A DNA stretch of 64,000 nucleotides, taken from the NCBI GenBank assembly GCA_964622835.1, contig CAZUSA010000001.1:50831-114830 (forward strand). Direction: 5' to 3'. The notes beneath the pieces were generated by a model. It was not told the DNA's origin, did no database searches, and saw nothing but the letters and a program-made list of their open reading frames with translations. Position numbers and translations under genes: made by a program. Source of the stretch: Candidatus Woesearchaeota archaeon. GTDB lineage: Archaea; Nanobdellota; Nanobdellia; SCGC-AAA011-G17; UBA489. This document shows positions 55,576 to 64,000 of this stretch, one piece after another (the first letter of the stretch is position 1; the number at the start of each line of letters is the position of its first letter).

Positions 55576-56273
55576 GAGTGTACCTCATATGTCTTCTTCT
55601 TCTCCTTGTAGGGTGTAGTGCTGAAGAACAAATAACAGGAAGAGTTCTCGAAGAAAAGGTAACGTTAGCAACAACTGATGGTATTAATATTGAAGGTACA
55701 TTTTATCCTGCTGATAGTACTGATGGCATTATTCTTTTACACATGTATACACAAGATCGTTCTGTATGGAAACCTTACATTGAAACGTTCCGTCAAAAAG
55801 ACTTTAACGTATTGACCATTGATTTGCGTGGCCATGGAGGGAGTGATTTGTCATATACATCCATGTCTAAAGAAGATTTCAACGCAATGACCTATGATGT
55901 AAAGGCTGCACTTGATTTTTTAATGAAAAGACAAATTGAAGAAATAACCGTTATAGGTGCATCGTTAGGGGCGAATGTTGCTTTAGCTATTGCTACAAAG
56001 GATTTGCGCATCAAAGATATTGTCCTCATATCACCCGGCCTTGATTACAAAGGCATTACTACTGGCGATACTATTCGTAAGTATAGTCGACCATTACTGA
56101 TTATTGTTGGTGGTAATGATGGAACAGCGTGGAAATCATCAAATACCTTATTCGATCGTTCACCAAGTAAAATAGTCTTACAACCATATGATACTGCCTT
56201 ACACGGAACAGATATGATAAAAGAACTTCCAGAAGTATCTACAAGAATTCTTGAGTGGCTTGAAACAAATTAA
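55572..56273 (+). CDS. Alpha/beta-hydrolase (dienelactone hydrolase/prolyl-oligopeptidase-like) lipoprotein
   Basis: Lipobox-like LLLLLVGCSA. Nucleophile elbow VIGASLGAN (GxSxG). 4-nt overlap with upstream gene. Confidence 0.6.
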   Translation: MRVYLICLLLLLVGCSAEEQITGRVLEEKVTLATTDGINIEGTFYPADSTDGIILLHMYTQDRSVWKPYIETFRQKDFNVLTIDLRGHGGSDLSYTSMSKEDFNAMTYDVKAALDFLMKRQIEEITVIGASLGANVALAIATKDLRIKDIVLISPGLDYKGITTGDTIRKYSRPLLIIVGGNDGTAWKSSNTLFDRSPSKIVLQPYDTALHGTDMIKELPEVSTRILEWLETN

Positions 56274-57448
56274 GTAAACATTCTTGTTCTTTTTGCAAGG
56301 ACAATGTGAAGTGCAATAAAAGATACAGCAATAAAGCCTGTAAGTAACATGTATGCTGCCGAAAAGGAGACTGCTTTGATAACAGCTCCTGTAATAAAGA
56401 AGATTCCAGCTACACCAACATTGTCCATCATATTACGAACAGAAAGCATAGTTGCTCGATGTTTTTTTGTGACACGTGTATTAGTATAATTATCAATAAT
56501 AATAGAAAAGAACCCGCTCACTAATGAAAGAAGAAAATAAAAGAGTAAACCATAGTAGGGAAAAAGAAAGATAATACCAAACATACAAAGAAGGATAGCA
56601 AAGGAACTCACAAACATTGATTTCTTTTCTCCAAAGAATTTCTCAAGAACATCTGCTTTCTTGGCAGTATAGGCTGTACATATCGATCCTAAGAAGGCAA
56701 TAACACCCATGAAAACGAGTGGTATGGCAATCATTTCAAAGTAGACTGAAGAAAGTGATAAAGTAATTGCTATGACAGTTGCAAGAGGAACAGAATACAA
56801 TGCAAGAATGCGTAATGAAGTATTTCTAAAGAAGTAAGCAATACCTTCAACAAAGTGTGCTGTTGCTTTTTTAAACGTTAAGCGATGTTTGACAGGGTAG
56901 GGTTCTGTAAGAAAAAAGGTAAGAAAAAAACCAAGAACAATAAAGGGAAGTGAGAGATACACAGGGTATTTGTAATGCAAAGTAAATAAGTATGCCCCAA
57001 TAATAAAGACAAATGCCATGGAAATATTTGTAATGGCAAAGATATTTCCTGAAATTTTCTTATGATCTTTTTCTCTTTTCATTTTCTTAAGTGTTTCAAA
57101 CCGCAAAGCACTTGATGTTCCAGAATCTAAACTAACACCTAATCCACTAATGATTTTAGCTATAAGAAAAGGATAAAATCCATCAAAGAACGCAAGACCT
57201 GCTATTTCTAGAACATAACAAAAACGTGCAAGGAGTAATGTTTTTTTCTTCCCCACAAGATCTGCAAAAACGCCAGAGGGTATTTCAAAGAGAAGGATGA
57301 CTAATGAAAAAACACTCATAATAATAGCAAATTCATCAAGGCTAACTTGACTGGCTATGTAAAACAGTGCAAGGATAGGTACGTGGAATCGAAACCACAT
57401 AAGACTTGAAATAATATAAAATAATGGAATATTATGTTTAAGCTTCAC
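56270..57448 (-). CDS. MFS-type transporter
   Basis: 12 predicted hydrophobic helices. MFS motif GVFADLVGKKKT (loop 2-3). Confidence 0.65.
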   Translation of the reverse strand: MKLKHNIPLFYIISSLMWFRFHVPILALFYIASQVSLDEFAIIMSVFSLVILLFEIPSGVFADLVGKKKTLLLARFCYVLEIAGLAFFDGFYPFLIAKIISGLGVSLDSGTSSALRFETLKKMKREKDHKKISGNIFAITNISMAFVFIIGAYLFTLHYKYPVYLSLPFIVLGFFLTFFLTEPYPVKHRLTFKKATAHFVEGIAYFFRNTSLRILALYSVPLATVIAITLSLSSVYFEMIAIPLVFMGVIAFLGSICTAYTAKKADVLEKFFGEKKSMFVSSFAILLCMFGIIFLFPYYGLLFYFLLSLVSGFFSIIIDNYTNTRVTKKHRATMLSVRNMMDNVGVAGIFFITGAVIKAVSFSAAYMLLTGFIAVSFIALHIVLAKRTRMFT

Positions 57449-57498
57449 AATTCAGAGGGGAGGGTTTAATTTATAAGAATAGTCTATCACCTTCACAT

Positions 57499-57804
57499 AT
57501 GGCTAAAGAGAGTTTTTATGAGCAATGTTATACCCAACTCAAAAAAGTACCCAAGGGGAAGCTTACAACGTACAAGGACCTTGCTCAAGCAGTAGGATCT
57601 AACGCATACCGTGCAGTAGGCACAGCAATGAACAAAAACCCTTATGCTCCAAAAGTACCGTGTCATCGGGTGATTAATAGTGATGGAAAGATCGGTGGAT
57701 TTGCCAGTGGTACAAACAAAAAGATCCAAATGCTAAAGAAAGAAGGCATTATCATCAAGAAGAACAAAGTAGTCAACATGCAAAAGTATTTATATCGTTG
57801 GTAA
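57499..57804 (+). CDS. ogt: Methylated-DNA-protein-cysteine methyltransferase, minimal single-domain form (101 aa)
   Basis: Active-site PCHRV, and YGDLA-like, NAYRAVGTAMNKNP, KIGGF. Lacks the usual N-terminal domain. Confidence 0.8.
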   Translation: MAKESFYEQCYTQLKKVPKGKLTTYKDLAQAVGSNAYRAVGTAMNKNPYAPKVPCHRVINSDGKIGGFASGTNKKIQMLKKEGIIIKKNKVVNMQKYLYRW

Positions 57805-57820
57805 TGATTAACAAAAAGAG

Positions 57821-59197
57821 GTGATGCATATACTTGATACATTCTTTAATCCAAAATCTGTAGCCATCATTGGTGCGTCACGTAATCCTGAGAAGATTGG
57901 CCATGTATTTTTGAATAATCTCTTAGAAACAGGGTATAAAGGAAAAGTGTATCCTGTTAATCCTAAGACAACGTCCATTAAAGGGTTACGGTGTTATCCT
58001 TCTATTGCTGAAGCGGTAAAGGCTAATAAGAAACCTATTGATTTAGCTGTTATTTCTATTCCTACTGAACCAAGTATTGTTGTTACAGATAATTGTGGAA
58101 CATTAAAGATTAAGAATATTTTATCAATTACTGCTGGTTTTTCTGAAGTGGGTAATACTGATGCAGAAGAGCGATTAAAGAAAGTTATTCAGAAACATAA
58201 ACTTAATTTTATGGGTCCTAATTGTTTGGGTATTATTGATGCGTATTCTGGGTTGGATATGATTTTCTTACCAAAGGTTCGTTTGAAACGTCCTGATAAA
58301 GGAAAAGTTTCATTCATTTGCCAGTCAGGAGCCATTGGTTCTGCAACATTAGATTTGTTATCAGCTCAGGGGTTGGGTTTTTCTAAGTTTATTACGTATG
58401 GTAATGCGACAACAATGAATGAAACACATTTATTAGAATACTTAGGAAAGGACAAAAATACTGATGTTGTGTGCATGTATATTGAGGGTGTTCGTGAAGG
58501 AAAACGGTTTATTGACGTGGCAAAGAAGGTTACAAAGAAGAAGCCAGTGATTGTGTTAAAAGGTGGATGGACTGTATCGGGTGCCCATGCTACTATGTCT
58601 CATACGGCTTCCTTAGCAGGAGCAGCTGCTGTATACAAAGGAGCATTCAAACAAGCAAATATTATCAAAGCAGATACATTATATGATTTATACGATTTTG
58701 CAAAAATTTTAGAAAAGGCACCAAAACCTAAGGGTCGCCGTGTCCAAGTCATTACGAATGGTGGTGGATTTGGTATTTTATGTGCTGATGGTATTGATCA
58801 AAACAAGTTAACGACAGGGAAACTACAACGAAAAACAGAATCCTTCCTTACAAAGAAATTACCTAAGGAATATGTTATTCACAATCCTATTGATTTAACA
58901 GGTGGTGCAAAAACTGAGGATTATAACATTGCTATTAAGGCATGTTTAGAAGATACAGGTAGTGATATTATTTTATTAGTGTTATTAATGCAAACACCGT
59001 TATTAGATATTAAGGTTATTGATATTGTTGCTAAATATAATAAACAACAAAAGAAACCTATTGTTGCTGTGTTAACGGGTGGTAGTTTTACTGAAATTCA
59101 AAAACAACGATTAGAAGCTGCTGGCGTTCCATGTTATACATATCCCACAAATGCTACAAAATCTATTAAGGCATTGTGTGATTATTACGAAAAGTAA
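57821..59197 (+). CDS. Acetyl-CoA synthetase (ADP-forming) alpha subunit / CoA-binding + succinyl-CoA-synthetase-like domains
   Basis: FNPKSVAIIGASRNPEKIGHV CoA-binding Rossmann. 458 aa with ligase-CoA domain. No beta (ATP-grasp) subunit adjacent. Confidence 0.7.
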   Translation: MMHILDTFFNPKSVAIIGASRNPEKIGHVFLNNLLETGYKGKVYPVNPKTTSIKGLRCYPSIAEAVKANKKPIDLAVISIPTEPSIVVTDNCGTLKIKNILSITAGFSEVGNTDAEERLKKVIQKHKLNFMGPNCLGIIDAYSGLDMIFLPKVRLKRPDKGKVSFICQSGAIGSATLDLLSAQGLGFSKFITYGNATTMNETHLLEYLGKDKNTDVVCMYIEGVREGKRFIDVAKKVTKKKPVIVLKGGWTVSGAHATMSHTASLAGAAAVYKGAFKQANIIKADTLYDLYDFAKILEKAPKPKGRRVQVITNGGGFGILCADGIDQNKLTTGKLQRKTESFLTKKLPKEYVIHNPIDLTGGAKTEDYNIAIKACLEDTGSDIILLVLLMQTPLLDIKVIDIVAKYNKQQKKPIVAVLTGGSFTEIQKQRLEAAGVPCYTYPTNATKSIKALCDYYEK

Positions 59198-62100
59198 CCT
59201 ACTTCGTCGGCTTCATTCAAGAATGTTTGGTGGTAGATAAGTCCTTGTATGTATCCTGGTTTGGTAACCCATTGGCCGTCTGCATTATTATATTTCCATG
59301 CAACATTCCTATACAATGCTTCTGCTTTTTGTAACCATTTTTCTTCACCAGTAATACGGTATGCCATGATGAAAGGTATTTCTTGTTGGTATTCCATGCC
59401 TTGTTGGTTTAATGTTTCACTGTAAAAGTCTGCTTGTGAGAAACAGTAAGAATACCAATAACCACTATTAGCAGCATTATTGTAATCTAAGTAGATCATA
59501 CCATTACCTTGATCATTATTGGCCATGTAAGCAATATCCACAATACGTTGTTCTAAGAGATCTTTCAAACTACCCTCATCCATGATAGACCATGCATAGG
59601 CAAGACCATTCATCATTCTGTGAGTGAGCATCCATGGACGTACTTCTTCTCCACCATTCTTACAATCATTACCACTGTTTTTTCCTGTCCAGTGTCCACG
59701 ACGAACAGCTTTTGAACTATCAACCCATGCAGAAACAGCACTACTGTCATCTAACGTAGATAATACAAGGTCTTGTCCCGGTGGATTGATCCATCCAAGA
59801 CTTAGTTTTAATTCTGGTTTTGATGTAGATCCGGATGTATCTGCAGTAAAGGTTCCTGCTGGTTGATTAAGTGCATCAGATAATGATTCTTCAATTTTGT
59901 CAAGATCTTCTTGATCATATGTAAATTGGTAATGTTGTCCTAACATATAGAGGGGTTGTGCTGCTGCACGGTGGTTTTCCCAATTAGCAGTATTGAGATA
60001 CCATGCACATTTTGCATGTTCTGCCGAATAATCATAGGCTTCTTTGAATAAGGGTTCACCTGTTGTTAACCAGTACCATGAAAAGACATCCGCCCAAAGA
60101 TGTGCTTGTTCCCAGAATGTTTGTTGTGTGACAGGAAATTGTCCATCATTAGTTGCACCAAGAACACCTGATCCACTATTCCATGTATTACCATTAGAAT
60201 AATCTGCACAAGATTCACCATCTAAATAACGGACAGATTCATCAAGACGATGACGTGCTACAGTATATTTATTAAGATATTTCCCACCAGGGAAACTACC
60301 TGCTGCACCAGCCCTATCAGAAAGAAGAACCCAATTAAAGACATCACGATTAGTTTCACCACCACCACCTTGAGCTGATTGAATAAACTGTGTCCACCGT
60401 AACGCTTCATTTCCAGGAAGAAGGTTTGCTGTGGGAATACCCATTTTTTCATTAAGTTCTTGATGATCCTCATAACTTAATAATGTTGCAGGATAATAGA
60501 CATTCTTTTGTTCGTTACCATTGATAGTTCCTGCTGTCTGGTCGTTAAAGTAGTTATAATCAGTAGGGAATACATGCAAGGGATATTCATGTTGGTGAAC
60601 AGTTTCCTGGAATGCTGTACTATAATCACTTAATGGCTCACCGTCACCAGTGGTTCCAAATTGGTAGAGGTGCGGACTGCCTGTTCGTTTTTGCCGCCAT
60701 GCAATACTATATTGTTTGTTAGCATCAGGAACATATTCAGGTAATGTTGCTGCAGAGATAATACCATTTTCTATGGACACACCACCTGCCCAATCATAGG
60801 GTGCATAGGTTAATGCTGCAAGTATGTAAACATTACTCGCACTATTGCGAGCAACCATTATAACATCATCAGGGTATTGTGTTCCAGATCCTGTTGCTTG
60901 AACAACCGTGCTAGAACCACCATTAAGCGTTCCCACAGTATATCCTTCAAAGTTTATAACTTCAGGAACGTATCCCCAACTTCCTTGTTGATGTTCTGTT
61001 CCTGTTGTTTCTCCCATGATAGCATAAGCACCATCAGTGTTTTGCAAAGAAACAAATTGTATAGCTGCAGGATTTGATGGGTGAGAAAGCCCTACAGTAT
61101 CGGGTTGCGTGTCTTGTGCACTTGCAAAACTAAAGCGAGCATAGTCTAAGGAAACATGTTGTTTAGTGATAGTACCATCAGCTAAAACGCGTTTATCATT
61201 CTCAAAGGAGGTCCATTCTTTAACATAATCTTTTCCTTTAACAAAGGTAAGGTATGTTGCAAAGTCTAAATCATATTCTTCTCCTTCAGCAGTATACAAT
61301 GCTCCTTTTATTTCAATTTCACAAAGAACAGGGCCATTATACACAATAGTTGCTTCTGCATTACTATCATATGCTGAAGCATACACTTTATCATTTAATG
61401 CATCTTTAACAACAACACCTAACGCACCGTTGTTCGTTGTCGCATCAACAACCACAGTACCATCTTGCAATGTAACGGTTTCAAGTCCTTTGAAGTTTTG
61501 TCCACGAACAACAACATCGATTAACCCTGTATTTGCAGTAATACCCTCATCAATAACAGAACATACTGTTGGACCTGAAGAAACACCAGGACCACCAACC
61601 GCATTAAACGCAGACGGTGTTTGTGCACCGTCATAATTCACAAGTGCATGTATGAGTGCCCATTTTGTTTCTCCTGATTGCCATGGAACAAGTTCTGTTG
61701 CTTGATATCCTAAGACTGAAGAGCCAAGGAGGGCAAGTTGTGCATCAGTAATAGCGTGATCTTCACCGAGAGGTATTGAAAAGGTAACGAGTTCATTATT
61801 CGTACCAAAGTCTGAAATGCCCGTAGGAAGTGCACGGGTAAGAGTAAAAGGTTCGTTAAGAGGTCCTTGAACAACAGGTTCATCGAAACCTGGAGAAATA
61901 ACAGTAAAGAAATACGGTTCGGATGCTGCAAGAGCTTCGTCAAGATAATTATAAGCAACAACTGAAAAGCTATAATTACCGCTTACATTAATCGGAGGAA
62001 ATAATAGTTGAACTTCTTCGGGACTAATATAACTGAAAGGATAAGTAAACGTTGTATTTGTTTCATTACCATCATCAAGTAACGTAAAGACAAATGTTGT

Positions 62101-63222
62101 TGAAGCAAGAGTTGTATCAACATATGGCGGGAAGAAAAGATCTCCTGTTACATTAATAGTGTATAATCCTTGAACATCAGGCAACATAAAAGAGAGGTCT
62201 GCAGGATTAGGTGTCATTGCAGTAATTGTTGGTTGTGAACTACTCATAGCACCATACACATTAAACAGTGTTGGTTGCGAATAAGTAACATCTGTTTTGT
62301 AGTAATTAGCAACACGAATTTGGAGTGTTTGTGAGGGTATAGATATTAAGGGAATGGTAATAATACCTGAAGTAGGACTTTGTGAGGTATAGTCAAAAAC
62401 ATAAATGTGAAGATCTCCACCAAGGCTACCATCGGGTTGCACAGCATTTACAACAATAAACGTAAATTCTTCATCTCCAGCTCCTTCATATACATCATAC
62501 ACATCTGAAACGGCAAGAATAACATCACACGTTGGTTCTGCATTGGGTTTTCTGTTGTTTTGTATAGACGAGTCATCTCCTTTTATGCCAAAGTTTGCTG
62601 TTGCAGTAATGCTTGGTCCATCACTTTCATCAGGTAAACATGTAGTAAAGTCTAAGGGGTTAGGTGTTATACGTTCAAGTTGTGGAACAATACCTTCTGA
62701 TAGACCCATGTTTGATAAAATATTACCAATTACATCTAAAAAGTCAGCTCGTTGTTTTAATACTCCTAAACGGTTTTCTGTACTTGAACGAAAATCAAGA
62801 TTCTCACGTTCAAATTCTCGTTCTTGATGATCTTCAATGGTACGTTTTGCATGATCGATAGCAATACTTTTTTGCAAGGTAACAATTGAGTCTACAAGTT
62901 TCTCTCGTGCTTCTTTCCGGTGTTTTTTTTCTTCAGAAAGTGTTAGTTCTTCAGCTTTACGTTTTCCTTCGAATGTGCGAACGATACGTTGGGTAATACG
63001 CGATACTCTGTCCCCCATGTTATCATTAGAAAATCGAGCATCCCTTTCCTGCCCTAAGGATTCTTCTATATGCTCATAGTTTACTGTTTCTTCTGTTTCA
63101 ATAATAAGGTCTTCAATGTCTTCTTCTCGTTCATCACGCGAACGATCATCTTGTGCAAGAGCAAAAGAAATAAACAATAAGAGTAATAGAAATATTATAC
63201 TAGATCGTACACCCTTTTTCAT
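59185..63222 (-). CDS. Large secreted protein (about 1345 aa): signal peptide, charged coiled-coil region, beta-rich middle, alpha-rich C-terminal domain
   Basis: Signal MKKGVRSSIIFLLLLLFISFALA|QDD. The ORF track extends to 63270, which would overlap the gdh gene. An internal Met start at 63222 removes the overlap. Confidence 0.55.
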   Translation of the reverse strand: MKKGVRSSIIFLLLLLFISFALAQDDRSRDEREEDIEDLIIETEETVNYEHIEESLGQERDARFSNDNMGDRVSRITQRIVRTFEGKRKAEELTLSEEKKHRKEAREKLVDSIVTLQKSIAIDHAKRTIEDHQEREFERENLDFRSSTENRLGVLKQRADFLDVIGNILSNMGLSEGIVPQLERITPNPLDFTTCLPDESDGPSITATANFGIKGDDSSIQNNRKPNAEPTCDVILAVSDVYDVYEGAGDEEFTFIVVNAVQPDGSLGGDLHIYVFDYTSQSPTSGIITIPLISIPSQTLQIRVANYYKTDVTYSQPTLFNVYGAMSSSQPTITAMTPNPADLSFMLPDVQGLYTINVTGDLFFPPYVDTTLASTTFVFTLLDDGNETNTTFTYPFSYISPEEVQLLFPPINVSGNYSFSVVAYNYLDEALAASEPYFFTVISPGFDEPVVQGPLNEPFTLTRALPTGISDFGTNNELVTFSIPLGEDHAITDAQLALLGSSVLGYQATELVPWQSGETKWALIHALVNYDGAQTPSAFNAVGGPGVSSGPTVCSVIDEGITANTGLIDVVVRGQNFKGLETVTLQDGTVVVDATTNNGALGVVVKDALNDKVYASAYDSNAEATIVYNGPVLCEIEIKGALYTAEGEEYDLDFATYLTFVKGKDYVKEWTSFENDKRVLADGTITKQHVSLDYARFSFASAQDTQPDTVGLSHPSNPAAIQFVSLQNTDGAYAIMGETTGTEHQQGSWGYVPEVINFEGYTVGTLNGGSSTVVQATGSGTQYPDDVIMVARNSASNVYILAALTYAPYDWAGGVSIENGIISAATLPEYVPDANKQYSIAWRQKRTGSPHLYQFGTTGDGEPLSDYSTAFQETVHQHEYPLHVFPTDYNYFNDQTAGTINGNEQKNVYYPATLLSYEDHQELNEKMGIPTANLLPGNEALRWTQFIQSAQGGGGETNRDVFNWVLLSDRAGAAGSFPGGKYLNKYTVARHRLDESVRYLDGESCADYSNGNTWNSGSGVLGATNDGQFPVTQQTFWEQAHLWADVFSWYWLTTGEPLFKEAYDYSAEHAKCAWYLNTANWENHRAAAQPLYMLGQHYQFTYDQEDLDKIEESLSDALNQPAGTFTADTSGSTSKPELKLSLGWINPPGQDLVLSTLDDSSAVSAWVDSSKAVRRGHWTGKNSGNDCKNGGEEVRPWMLTHRMMNGLAYAWSIMDEGSLKDLLEQRIVDIAYMANNDQGNGMIYLDYNNAANSGYWYSYCFSQADFYSETLNQQGMEYQQEIPFIMAYRITGEEKWLQKAEALYRNVAWKYNNADGQWVTKPGYIQGLIYHQTFLNEADEVGYFS

Positions 63223-63257
63223 AGAATAATACACAAAAAAGGTCTTTAAAAAGGTTG

Positions 63258-64000
63258 TTAAATATGACAAACATCACACTTTGCAAGAACACGTTCTTTT
63301 GCAATACCCAATGCACAATCGCGCGGTGATATTGATTCTCTCGCTGCACGATCAAGAACAATTTGTGTATTTTTTGTTATTTTCTTTTCAACTAAGGCCC
63401 ACATTTCTTTGATAGTTCCACCTTTGTATTCAACGTAACTACTAATAACGCCACCAGCATTTGCAACAAAATCGGGAACAACAAGGACTCCTTTTTTGTG
63501 AAAGAGTTCTTCAACTTCATGAATCATAGGAATGTTACTCCCTTCTACGATGATCTTAAATTTCATTTCATCAACATCACCTGCGTTAATAAAATCAGGA
63601 ATAGCTGCAGTAATTAATATGTCTGCTTTAACGGTTTTAATTGCCCTACCTGGTAAGACTTTACCGTCTTTGTATGCGGTTACGGTTCGTTTATTTTTTT
63701 TAACATCAACGAGTTTCTTGAATGATAATCCCTTTGGGTTGTGTATGACACCTCTCGAGTCTGATACTGCCACAAGTGTTGCTCCTGCTTCTGTTAAAAA
63801 TTTAACGGCAAACCATCCAACGTTACCAAATCCTTCTACAGCAAAGGTTGCTTTTTTCAAGTCGATACTTTTATGATTACAAGCAACTTTTGTTGCGTGG
63901 AAAACACCAAATCCTGTACTTCCAAGTTCATGAGGTATACCACCCATACTTTTGGGTTTTCCCGTACATGCTTTTTTATTACCAATAGTGTCTGCGAATA
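63258..64000 (-). CDS. gdh: Glu/Leu/Phe/Val dehydrogenase (glutamate dehydrogenase), C-terminal NAD(P)-binding domain; N-terminus outside window
   Basis: GFGNVGWFAVKFL Rossmann GxGxxG and conserved C-terminal ELFH family block. ORF reaches the window edge. Confidence 0.7.
   Translation of the reverse strand, partial: FADTIGNKKACTGKPKSMGGIPHELGSTGFGVFHATKVACNHKSIDLKKATFAVEGFGNVGWFAVKFLTEAGATLVAVSDSRGVIHNPKGLSFKKLVDVKKNKRTVTAYKDGKVLPGRAIKTVKADILITAAIPDFINAGDVDEMKFKIIVEGSNIPMIHEVEELFHKKGVLVVPDFVANAGGVISSYVEYKGGTIKEMWALVEKKITKNTQIVLDRAARESISPRDCALGIAKERVLAKCDVCHI

Noticed and set aside
1-64000. CRISPR arrays, transposases, integrases or other obvious mobile elements apart from the intein
   Set aside because: No short regularly spaced direct repeats, inverted-repeat-flanked ORFs, DDE/tyrosine-recombinase signatures or phage structural genes were recognised by eye. 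tRNA-adjacent regions lack integrases.

Overview
This 64 kb window looks like a low-GC archaeal chromosome segment, not a bacterial one. Evidence: diphthine synthase, an archease plus intein-containing RtcB, a TrmB regulator, type-2 RNase HII, an initiator tRNA with A1:U72 and three G:C pairs in the anticodon stem, and tRNAs with no encoded CCA. Many giant, glycosylation-sequon-rich surface proteins with a signal peptide and a C-terminal membrane anchor suggest a small-genome, DPANN-like archaeon. I cannot name the lineage from sequence alone.

Gene content falls into these blocks:
- (i) Housekeeping, 74..21209:
  - bacterial-type thrS lacking its TGS domain, a 180-aa ORF, xth and nth;
  - three compositionally odd hypothetical genes;
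  - dph5, a radical-SAM protein with an unusual Cx4Cx2C cluster, an AsnB-like glutamine amidotransferase fused to a Dph6-like diphthine-ammonia ligase domain, small zinc-ribbon proteins and a 2Fe-2S ferredoxin;
  - a ybaK-like deacylase sandwiched between two tRNA-Ser genes, a stand-alone GGDEF-domain protein and metG;
  - initiator tRNA-Met, dus, rnhB, a polyprenyl synthetase and smc.
- (ii) A ~15 kb all-minus-strand cluster of cell-surface proteins (21212..35951). It includes a 2281-aa protein with two LamG-like repeats, a PAP-like metallophosphoesterase and an S-layer-like protein, and ends next to tRNA-Trp.
- (iii) A SAM-methyltransferase and a conserved archaeal Zn-ribbon/DUF2073-like/GTPase triad.
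- (iv) Archease plus an RtcB gene interrupted by a 503-aa LAGLIDADG intein.
- (v) SOD and peroxiredoxin.
- (vi) A 2-oxoacid (pyruvate) dehydrogenase operon E1alpha-LplA-E1beta-E2 preceded by a glutaredoxin-like gene.
- (vii) Further secreted Cys-rich, Tyr-rich and BNR-like proteins, trmB, an MFS transporter, a minimal MGMT, an ADP-forming acetyl-CoA synthetase alpha subunit, a 1361-aa secreted protein and a partial Glu/Leu/Phe/Val dehydrogenase at the window edge.

No CRISPR array, transposase or integrase was recognised. The most unusual items are the AsnB-Dph6 fusion near dph5, the GGDEF protein in an archaeal context, the non-canonical radical-SAM enzyme and the surface-protein cluster.
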